Source: Bacteroidales bacterium (GTDB lineage Bacteria > Bacteroidota > Bacteroidia > Bacteroidales > Paludibacteraceae). Taken from it: a stretch of 64,000 bases of DNA. The DNA lies in assembly GCA_015061145.1 (NCBI GenBank), contig SUXD01000004.1:36931-100930 (forward strand), read 5' to 3'. The notes under the pieces were generated by a model, which worked only from the letters and a program-made list of their open reading frames with translations, ran no database searches and had not been told where the DNA came from. This document shows positions 10,479-18,964 of this stretch, piece after piece. Each line of letters opens with the position of its first letter. Within the stretch, counting starts at the first letter, position 1. The position numbers were made by a program, and so were the translations under genes.

Positions 10479-11120
10479 ATGAAAAAAATCTCAATTCTGA
10501 TTGCTTCCGCTTTGTTCGGAACATCAATGGCATTCGCACAAGTATGCAACGGAAACTGCCGAAACGGTGAAGGAACCTATACCTGGGCTAACGGCGACAA
10601 ATACGAAGGACAATTCGTAAACGGCAAACCAGAAGGAAAAGGCGTGCTCATCAAAGCCAACGGCGACAAATACGAAGGCGAGTTCGCACAAGGAAAACTG
10701 GACGGAAAAGGCAAAATCACTTTTGCAAACGGCACTAAATTCGACGGAGAATTCAAAGCCAACGAGAAAACCGGAAAAGGAACCATCGTGTTTGCCAACG
10801 GCGACAAATACGAGGGCAGTTTCAATGCCGACAAATTCAACGGCGAAGGCACCTACACATGGGCTGCCAGCAACGACCGATACGAAGGAAACTTTGAGAA
10901 CGGACAACGCCAAGGAAAAGGAAAAATGAACTACGGAAGCGGCGCTTCGTACGATGGCGAATGGAACGCTGACCAACGACACGGAAACGGCGTTTACACC
11001 ACCAACAACGGCAATGTGAAAGAAGGCACTTTTGAAAACGAATTGTTCAAAACCGGCACTTACACATACAAAAACGGCGGCGCAAAAATAGAATACGAAA
11101 ACGGCGTATCGAAAAGATAA
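10479..11120 (+). CDS. Secreted MORN-repeat protein
   Basis: Signal peptide MKKISILIASALFGTSMAFA followed by about 8 tandem YxGxxxxGxxxGxG repeats (GDKYEGQFVNGKPEGKG and similar). Confidence 0.8.
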   Translation: MKKISILIASALFGTSMAFAQVCNGNCRNGEGTYTWANGDKYEGQFVNGKPEGKGVLIKANGDKYEGEFAQGKLDGKGKITFANGTKFDGEFKANEKTGKGTIVFANGDKYEGSFNADKFNGEGTYTWAASNDRYEGNFENGQRQGKGKMNYGSGASYDGEWNADQRHGNGVYTTNNGNVKEGTFENELFKTGTYTYKNGGAKIEYENGVSKR

Positions 11121-11141
11121 TTTTCCTAAAACAGTTATATC

Positions 11142-11178
11142 AAAAAAAACAGGATTATCACAATAGTCCTGTTTTTTT
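11142..11178. terminator. Bidirectional-looking intrinsic terminator
   Basis: A-run, stem acagga / tcctgt extendable through the A/T runs, then a T7 run. It sits between the MORN gene and mazG-like gene. Confidence 0.5.
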
Positions 11179-11191
11179 ATCCTATACGAAT

Positions 11192-11518
11192 ATGTCAATA
11201 GAAGAAGCGCAAAAACTGGTTGACAACTGGATAAAAACATACGGGGTGCGTTATTTCAACGAACTCACCAATATGGCCATCCTCACCGAAGAAGTTGGCG
11301 AACTTGCCAGCATCATCGCCCGAAAATACGGCGAGCAATCGTTCAAAGAGTCGGATAAAGACAAAGACCTGGCCGACGAGATGGCCGATGTGCTATGGGT
11401 GCTCATTTGCCTTGCCAACCAAACAGGCGTTGACCTCAACGAAGCATTTAGAAAAAATCTGGAGAAGAAAACCAAGCGCGACAAAACAAGACACCTCAAC
11501 AACGAAAAACTCAAATAA
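11192..11518 (+). CDS. MazG-like nucleotide pyrophosphohydrolase
   Basis: 108 aa with the EExGE...E..D metal-binding pattern (LTEEVGELASI...LADEMADVLWVL). Confidence 0.8.
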   Translation: MSIEEAQKLVDNWIKTYGVRYFNELTNMAILTEEVGELASIIARKYGEQSFKESDKDKDLADEMADVLWVLICLANQTGVDLNEAFRKNLEKKTKRDKTRHLNNEKLK

Positions 11519-11521
11519 AAC

Positions 11522-12418
11522 ATGGCAGAATACGACAAATACAAAGAATTGTTCAAGATTTACGACTGCTGCAAAATGACCGACGCCGCAGCCAAGAAAG
11601 AATCGAAAAAAATAATAGACGAAAACTTTGACAAGAACAACAACAACGAAGCGCTGAAATCCGTTTTCGCATGCATCGACCTCACTTCGCTCAACAATAC
11701 CGATACCGATGAAAGTGCAGCCAAACTGGCAGGGAAAGTGGCCGATTTCGGCAAGAAATACCCCGAATTGCCTAATGTGGCAGCCATTTGCGTATATCCG
11801 TCGTGCGTGGCAGCCGTGAAAGATACGCTCGGCGAAAACCCTTCCGTAGAGATAGCCTCTGTTGCCGCAGGATTTCCTGCACCGCAGACATTTTTGGAAG
11901 TAAAGATTGCCGAAACAGCCATGGCCGTACTCGAAGGCGCTACCGAGATAGACATGGTATTCCCGCTGCACTACTTTCTGGCTAAGCAATATGACAAAGT
12001 GGAAGAAGAAATCATGGAAGTGAAATCGGCATGCCGAGGCGCCCACTTGAAAGTGATTCTGGAAACCTGCGCGCTGAAATCGGCTGCACAAATAGCCGAA
12101 GCCGCCATTTTAGCTATGGCTTGCGGAGCTGATTTTATAAAAACCTCAACAGGCAAATCGACTGCTGGCGCCACTCCCGAAGGCGTTTATGCCATGTGCC
12201 AAGCCGTGAAAGAATTTAACGAAGAGAACAATACCCGCATCGGCATCAAAGTGGCAGGAGGCGTTTCGGAAACTGACGATGCCGTGAAATACTATACCCT
12301 TGTGACGGAAACATTAGGCAAGCAATACGCCAAGAAAGGCACTTTCAGAATCGGTGCCAGCCGATTGGCCAACAATGTGTTAGGAAAAATAACCGGCACG
12401 GACGAGAAGTATTTTTAA
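11522..12418 (+). CDS. deoC: Deoxyribose-phosphate aldolase (long form)
   Basis: IDLTSLN, VAAICVYP and the Schiff-base lysine context ADFIKTSTGK...IGIKVAGGV. Confidence 0.85.
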   Translation: MAEYDKYKELFKIYDCCKMTDAAAKKESKKIIDENFDKNNNNEALKSVFACIDLTSLNNTDTDESAAKLAGKVADFGKKYPELPNVAAICVYPSCVAAVKDTLGENPSVEIASVAAGFPAPQTFLEVKIAETAMAVLEGATEIDMVFPLHYFLAKQYDKVEEEIMEVKSACRGAHLKVILETCALKSAAQIAEAAILAMACGADFIKTSTGKSTAGATPEGVYAMCQAVKEFNEENNTRIGIKVAGGVSETDDAVKYYTLVTETLGKQYAKKGTFRIGASRLANNVLGKITGTDEKYF

Positions 12419-12755
12419 GCCAATTTTGATATCAATCTTTTATTTGACGTTACAACATAAAGAATCGAATATAACAAAAACAATATTGAATGAAGTAAAA
12501 TTTTGAATTAACATAGTAATAATCATAGCGTTTGCTATTTATTCAGCACTGCTTCAAAACCTAGGAAATTTTGAAATGCTTCATTGCGAATAAGTCTGCG
12601 AACGTCTGCGCTTTGCGTGGACGGCGACTTATCAATGAAGCGGGCAGTTCCTAGGGCCTTGAAGCGTGGATAGTCAAAGTCCACGCTTCTTTTATGCCCA
12701 ACGAGTTGCCGTAAGCCCGAATTGATAAGCATTCGCCAATAAAACGCAATGCAAA

Positions 12756-14963
12756 ATGGCAAAATCTTTTTCTGAAGCAAAAGCGGAATTTGACAAACTA
12801 TACTCGGCTCAATCCGAATATACTTGTTTTCTACCCGAACATCTTACAATAAATAAGACGACCGCACTCCGAAAAAAAGACGGAACAAAAAACGAGCAAT
12901 ACTACAAATGGCAATTTCTTTATGGTATTGTCAATTCGGGATTATTTCCCAAAGACTTAATCGGAACCGAAATCAACTTTCCGAAGGGCAACAAAAGTTC
13001 GGCGGCAATAAAACTTGATGGTGCTATATTTTCGGATGCAGTATGGTTTGATAAATATAAAGACTATCATCTGAATAATAATGTCGAAAGCCTTGATTGG
13101 CTGCGCAAACATCTTATAGTTGCTCTTGAATTTAAAAAAGAGAAAAGTAAAAATATCGCGGAAGTTTGGGATAAACAACTGAAAGCGTATATGAAAGAAA
13201 GTGAGGCAGATTTCTGTTTGGGCGTTCTTTATGATACCGAAAGACTTTATCTTTTTCGTAAATACAATGGTAAGTATCTACGTTACAGCGACGAATATAA
13301 TACAAAGGGTATAGATAGCGGCACAAAAGATATGTCGCTTCATTTGCCTGACCCTTACCGCAATATTCCAAGCATAGACAAAGTGCTTAATTGGGTTGGT
13401 TCAAAAGAAACAGACCGTTCTAAGCGGACAATCAACGACTTGGATATAATTTCGGGTTTACAATCAACCCAAATTAACGATGCAATGTCGGCGATTTTAC
13501 GTACTATGGACAAATTGGGTATGGTTAATCAAAAGGGGTTTGAAATCCTTGTACAGATACTTTCTCTAAAAATATATGACGAAAAACGCAACGAAAGGCA
13601 ACCCGACAGATTCCTTGATTTTTATGTAAAAAACGAGGAACGCCAATTTAATAGTTTGGCAGATAATGGAATTCAGACGTTCTTAAAACGTATCAATACC
13701 CTTAAAGATGAAGCAAGCGAAACATATTACCGCATTTTGCAGGACAAATTGTTTGATGTAAAAAACGATAAACATGTTCGTATCTTGATAGAAGTTGTTT
13801 ATCAATTTCAAGATTATTCGTTTGTAAATTCGCAAAAGACCGACCTTTATCAACTGGTATTTTACAAGTTTGCAGGACAATTTTCAAAAGACCAAAATGC
13901 GCAGTTCGTAACACCGTTACCAATGATTGATTTCCTTGTAAACATTGTAAATCCGCGCAATGGTGAAACCGTCATCGACCCGACAGTTGGAATTGCAGAT
14001 TTTCTTTCGGTGTCATACGTCAATTCAAAAAGTAAATTGGATGACAAAAATATTTTTGGAATGGACATTGACGACCAAATGGTTATGCTTGCTACACTGA
14101 ATATGCTTTTGAATGGCGATGGTAATGCTAAAATTGTTTCGCAAGCCGATGGATACGGTTCGTTGCTTACCAAATTCAGTAGTAAGGGCGAGCCGTTGAA
14201 ACTGATTCCAGAAATGAACAAAAACGGCAATTGGGATGAACGACCCGACACTGAAAGATTGAAAAAATTTGACGTTGTTCTCACAAATCCACCCTTTGGC
14301 GAAGACCGTGCATACGCACCAAAAGACCCTAAGGATTTGGAAGTTATACAATGTTACGAACTATAGAATTTGTACGGACAGAAAAACGAACTTAATAGGA
14401 ACGAAGAAGACCGCGACCTCAAAGGACAAAAGAAAAAGAAGAAAGACGATACTCCCAAACAAGCCACAAAGATAGACCTTGGAGTGGTGTTTCTCGAAAA
14501 CGCTTACCGCATTTTGAAAGATAATGGGCGGTTGGGTATTGTACTTTCAAATTCGATAGCGAGCATTGATTCACATCGTATTGCACGTCAGTGGCTTATG
14601 AATAAAATGCGAATTGTAGCCATGTTTGACATGCCTGCCAATGTGTTTGCTGAAACAGGTGTAAATACTACGATAATAGTGGCATACAAACCATCGGATG
14701 ATGAATTGGAACGGCTAAAAGAACAGAATTACGAAATCTTTGTTCGCGATATTCAAAAGGTTGGTTACGAAGTAAAAACAAGTAAAAGAGTAAAATTCTT
14801 TTCACCCGTTTATAAAATCAATTACGAAACATTTGAGACGGAAATCGACCAAGACGGCAATCCAGTACTTGACGAAGATTTTACGCAAACTATTACCGAT
14901 TTTCGTAATTGGTGCGTTGGTCAGGAAAAAACTTTACAGGATTTATTTATTAAAGTGAAGTAA
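12756..14963 (+). pseudogene. Nuclease-methyltransferase fusion (gamma-class N6-adenine MTase with an N-terminal PD-(D/E)xK-like domain), interrupted by an in-frame TAG at 14364-14366
   Basis: ORFs 12756..14366 and 14370..14963 are in the same frame (both coordinates divide by 3) and are separated only by TAG. The upstream part carries D...EFK (IKLDGAIF...LIVALEFKKEK), SAM motif I (VIDPTVGIADFL) and motif IV (TNPPFG). The downstream part carries the rest of the MTase fold (VFLENAYRILKDNGRLGIVLSNS...FDMPANVFAETGVNTTIIV). Confidence 0.75.
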
Positions 14964-14964
14964 A

Positions 14965-16434
14965 ATGAGTTACAAATATATTGGTACACCTAAATATATT
15001 AGTTTTAGCGAGTGTAGAGAAAATAATCATGTGTTTGCTCCTTCAAAATACACTCGATTCCTGCCTCAGAACGAATGGTTATTCGTTCCGATGTCGCAGA
15101 TTTGTACAGAGAGCAATACTAAAATTGAAATAGAACGAAAATGTGAATATAATTATACAGAAATAGGTGATATTGATGTTTCAAGCGGTATGGTTAATCA
15201 CACCCATTATTATGGAATGAATTTACCGTCAGAGAATCCTAAACATTGTCAATGTGGTGATATTCTAATCTCAACGGTTAGAACATATAGAGGTGGTGTC
15301 GGTATAATTACCGAAGAATTGAGCAATCATTGCTGTTCCCCTGCAATTCTTGTTATTAGAAATGTTGCTAAAATTATTACAAAAGAATATTTGTTGGCTA
15401 TTTTGAAAACAGATTTCTTTGTAGAACAGATTTTGGGATTTCAAACAAGAGGTATGTATCCTCGACTTGATAGTGATGCAATGAATAAAGTGCTTATTCC
15501 AATTCCCAAAAATGTTGATACATTAAAATATGTATCAATCTTGCAAAGGTCGTTTTTGAATAAATACTCACTTATTCGTCAACGTCATGCGAATATTCTG
15601 CAATTGATAGAAAAGGAATTAACAGAAAATCAAAAGTCCAATAAATTCAATTATCATTTGCCGAGATTGAATGAGGTAAAAGAAATTGGAAGACTGGATG
15701 CGTCTTTATATAAGTTGTTTTTCAAAAAGCATTTATTTAGTATTTTGAATTATAAAAATGGGTATTCCCCTTTGACACAACAACAATTGAAGTTGATACC
15801 CGGTCCGAGTTTGGAATTAAGACTATTGGGAACGCGCATTGATAGCGACCATTATGAGAAAGGTTTTTATAGGTTAATAACGCCAAAGCAAATCACAAAC
15901 TACGGAATAGTAAGGAATGAAGAATTTATCGGTACACCTGCAATAATAGCAAATATTCAATTTGGCGATATTTTGTTTGGTGAGAGTGGTACGGGAAGAA
16001 CAATGGTTTTTCTTGATGATGACAATAATACAATTAATAATGCTCATGCTCATATATTAAGGTCAATGTTGGATAATGATATACACAGAGTTATCACCAT
16101 TAGAAGCATTCTCCAATTTTATAAAGAGATTGGGATGACAGATTGTATGACGGTAGGTGGTTCTGGCGGACATTTATCTCCGTCATATTTTGACAGAATC
16201 ATGATTCCAAACTTTCCCGAATCGAAACAAAAGGAAATAGCCGCCTTGTATCATAATCCGCAAGAATATTTAACTGATGATTTCACGCTTGACAATTTTG
16301 AGGAAAAAGACAACGAGTATAATTTGGCTGCGGGCATTTACGAATTAGACAAAACATCCAAACGTCTTAAAGAAAAACTTAATAAGGCAATTGATGATAT
16401 TGTGAATGATAGAGAAGTGCAGATTGAGTTTTGA
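14965..16434 (+). CDS. Restriction-modification specificity subunit (HsdS/BcgIB-like, two target-recognition domains)
   Basis: 489 aa. The ATG lies 1 nt after the MTase stop. There are two halves of similar architecture, each ending in a helical conserved region (LIRQRHANILQLIEKEL; LDKTSKRLKEKLNKAIDDIV), as in type I S subunits. Confidence 0.75.
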   Translation: MSYKYIGTPKYISFSECRENNHVFAPSKYTRFLPQNEWLFVPMSQICTESNTKIEIERKCEYNYTEIGDIDVSSGMVNHTHYYGMNLPSENPKHCQCGDILISTVRTYRGGVGIITEELSNHCCSPAILVIRNVAKIITKEYLLAILKTDFFVEQILGFQTRGMYPRLDSDAMNKVLIPIPKNVDTLKYVSILQRSFLNKYSLIRQRHANILQLIEKELTENQKSNKFNYHLPRLNEVKEIGRLDASLYKLFFKKHLFSILNYKNGYSPLTQQQLKLIPGPSLELRLLGTRIDSDHYEKGFYRLITPKQITNYGIVRNEEFIGTPAIIANIQFGDILFGESGTGRTMVFLDDDNNTINNAHAHILRSMLDNDIHRVITIRSILQFYKEIGMTDCMTVGGSGGHLSPSYFDRIMIPNFPESKQKEIAALYHNPQEYLTDDFTLDNFEEKDNEYNLAAGIYELDKTSKRLKEKLNKAIDDIVNDREVQIEF

Positions 16435-16610
16435 TTACAATTAGTTTAGCTGCCGGACCACCAATATCCTATGGAAAATCGAAATAAAAGTTGCTCGCGA
16501 CATAGGCGTAGCATACGGACAAAATCAACAACCTATCAATATCACCTACAAAACTTTGTGGTGATATGCTTGATGTAGTAAAACTACATTATATGTAACA
16601 ATTTTTTTCA

Positions 16611-16645
16611 GTGCAAATTTCTATGGAAATTTGCACTATTTTTTT
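16611..16645 (+). terminator. Intrinsic terminator downstream of the R-M module
   Basis: Perfect 11-bp stem gtgcaaatttc / gaaatttgcac with loop tatg, followed by tattttttt. Confidence 0.7.
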
Positions 16646-16664
16646 GTCGCCGTTTGACATAAGT

Positions 16665-16915
16665 TATGTCACCCCTTCGGGGTTCTCATCATTGATGGTT
16701 ATGCCCAAAATTCATTGCAAGGGTTGCACCCTTGCCTGAATTATTCTGTGCTTTCAGCACTAATTTTTCAGCCCTAGCACAAAAAGTAACAATTTTTTTA
16801 TTTCCCGCATATTTTTTTATATGTCATCCCTGAAAGGGGGACAGAATTCAGACTGGGGGCGTAAGCCCCTGCTAAACGACGATTGAATTACCAACAAAGC
16901 GCTGTAAGTGCGATA
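16665..16915. repeat. Cluster of six short GC-rich stem-loops in two related units (REP-like intergenic repeat)
   Basis: Hairpins at 16671-16683 (UUCG loop), 16717-16735, 16748-16760, 16827-16841, 16856-16869 (GUAA loop) and 16899-16911. Both units open with tatgtcaYccc-loop-gggg. Confidence 0.45.
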
Positions 16916-16979
16916 TAATTTCATAATACAATGTCACAATCACTTGTAAAAATATATGTGCAATACACTCGCTTCTCCC

Positions 16980-17678
16980 TTACCCTATTGAATATACTTT
17001 CAGTTCTTTGCGATACTCGTCGGATTTGCCTCCCGACACTTGGTCGAGACGGGCGTAAAAATGCTTGCTATGGTCCATGTGTTCGGTATGGCAGAGTTCG
17101 TGCAATATTACATAACGAATCAGGTGCTCGGGTAAGGTGAGCAGATAACAGTTTAGGTTGATGTTTTTGCTCGACGAGCAACTGCCCCAACGCGAATGCG
17201 CTGATGAAATACGAACGGAATTATATGAAAAACCATGCTTTTCGGCTTCTTCTTTCAACATCGCAGGGAGTATTTTGTGCGCTTCTTGCTTAAGAGTGTA
17301 TTCAAAAATACCCCGAAAAATCTTTTGTGCGCTGTCGGTCAACGGATTGTCGGTGCCAGGAAATGTAATGTACAGCTTATCGCCTTTTCTTATACGCTGA
17401 TAGTCTTTCTGCGGTAGCGGCACAAGGTACATCTCGAACGAAAAAGTGCGTGTAGGATTTTCGATGGTGAACAATCTTTTTCGAGACACCAATTTCGCCC
17501 GTTTTTTTTCGATTTCAGCCACTTTCGACTCTACAAAAGCCATTGCGTCGTCGTATGACGAAAAAAACGGCAGAGACACATTTATTTGCTCTGCCTTTAT
17601 TCTTACACTGATGTTACGCGAACGAATGTTTTTCTTCAAAACCACTTCGCCGAGAACAGGATGATCAATTACCTTCAA
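16980..17678 (-). CDS. YgjP-like (DUF45/M48-type) zinc metallohydrolase
   Basis: C-terminal HExxH (YVILHELCHTEHMDHS) in a 232-aa protein with the typical DUF45 layout. It lies 19 nt downstream of oadB on the same strand. Confidence 0.8.
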   Translation of the reverse strand: MKVIDHPVLGEVVLKKNIRSRNISVRIKAEQINVSLPFFSSYDDAMAFVESKVAEIEKKRAKLVSRKRLFTIENPTRTFSFEMYLVPLPQKDYQRIRKGDKLYITFPGTDNPLTDSAQKIFRGIFEYTLKQEAHKILPAMLKEEAEKHGFSYNSVRISSAHSRWGSCSSSKNINLNCYLLTLPEHLIRYVILHELCHTEHMDHSKHFYARLDQVSGGKSDEYRKELKVYSIG

Positions 17679-17696
17679 TTTTCAAAGCGATTAAGT

Positions 17697-18941
17697 TTAT
17701 CCTAAAAACGAAATAAGCACTCCGGCCGCCACTGCCGAACCAATAACTCCCGATATATTGGAAGCCATGCAATAGTTCAGCACATGATTGCGCGAATCGT
17801 ACTTCAACGCTATATCGTTGGCCACACGGCTCGCCATAGGCACTGCGCTCAAACCGGTAGCACCGATGAGCGGATTGATTTTTTTCTTGGAAAAGAGGTT
17901 GAATATCTTCACCAGACAAATGCCTGAAGCGATAGAAAATGCGAAAGCCAAGAATCCGCACACTACAATGCCGATGGTCTGCCAATTGAGGAACGCTTCG
18001 GTTGTCATCGTCGCTCCCACGCACAGTCCGAGGAAAATAGTAGCAGCATTCATAATGCTGTTGCCCGCCGCGTCCACCAGGCGACTGGTGTCGGCACCGA
18101 TTTCCTTGATCAGATTACCGAACATGAGCATACCCACCAACGGCACTGCCGAAGGCACAATAATGGCAACTATTGTTGTAACGGCAATCGGGAATATGAT
18201 TTTGAGTGTCTTCATATTCTTTACCTCATTCTTTGGCGGATAAAGTTTGTCCTGCTCCTTCATGTTGATGGACAGTTCCTTTTTGGAACAAGTAAGTTTT
18301 ACCACCAAAGGAATGATGACCGGTACAAGCGCCATATACGAATAGGCAGCGATAGCGATAGGTCCCAGCAAATGAGGCGCCAATTTGATTGTAGTAAAAA
18401 TGGCTGTAGGCCCGTCGGCACCGCCTATGATGCCCAGCGAAGCCGCCTCTTGCGGTGTGAATCCGAGCGCAATGGCCGTAATCAGCACTGCAAAAATACC
18501 GAATTGCGCACCTGCACCGAAAATAGAGAGCTTCAGGTTGCGCAACATCGGACCGAAATCGGTGAGCGCGCCCACGCCCATGAAGATGATGGGAGGCAGA
18601 AAACCTGTCTTGATGAGCATATAATACAGAAAGTTCATCAAGCCAAGATCGTGCGCAATCTCGTGCAATGGCATTTCCCATATATTGCGCAATGTGCCAT
18701 CGGGAAGCGTCACCATGCCTTCGCCATTGGCAGCTACAACGCCCATGCCGCCACCCGGGAAATTGGCTATCAGCACACCGAATGCAATAGGGACAAGCAG
18801 CAACGGCTCGTAATGCTTCTTAATGCCCAAATAAAGCAAGACAAAAGCTATCAGATACATCAACAAGAACGACGGATCATCAACAATATTGCTGATGGCT
18901 GTCATCTGATACAATTTCTCTAAAATATTCATAGTCAACAA
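17697..18941 (-). CDS. oadB: Na+-translocating decarboxylase beta subunit
   Basis: 414-aa polytopic protein with ANFPGGGMG...MPLHEIAHDLGLMNF...GADGPTAIF...GATGLSAVPMASRV, matching the OadB/MmdB family. Confidence 0.9.
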   Translation of the reverse strand: MLTMNILEKLYQMTAISNIVDDPSFLLMYLIAFVLLYLGIKKHYEPLLLVPIAFGVLIANFPGGGMGVVAANGEGMVTLPDGTLRNIWEMPLHEIAHDLGLMNFLYYMLIKTGFLPPIIFMGVGALTDFGPMLRNLKLSIFGAGAQFGIFAVLITAIALGFTPQEAASLGIIGGADGPTAIFTTIKLAPHLLGPIAIAAYSYMALVPVIIPLVVKLTCSKKELSINMKEQDKLYPPKNEVKNMKTLKIIFPIAVTTIVAIIVPSAVPLVGMLMFGNLIKEIGADTSRLVDAAGNSIMNAATIFLGLCVGATMTTEAFLNWQTIGIVVCGFLAFAFSIASGICLVKIFNLFSKKKINPLIGATGLSAVPMASRVANDIALKYDSRNHVLNYCMASNISGVIGSAVAAGVLISFLG

Positions 18942-18964
18942 ATAAAATATTCAATACTAGATTA

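Noticed and set aside
12535-12780. An 81-aa minus-strand ORF overlapping the start of the R-M gene.
   Set aside because: It has no recognisable motif and no -7 box or RBS context that I can see. It overlaps the MTase start by 25 nt and contains a 9-bp hairpin (12659-12690). It may be a fragment of a gene destroyed by the R-M insertion, but I cannot support it as a CDS.
14364-14366. Possibility that TAG is recoded (for example pyrrolysine or a reassigned code).
   Set aside because: TAG terminates other well-defined genes in the window at the expected positions (glnK, the acyltransferase). No other gene shows internal TAGs.
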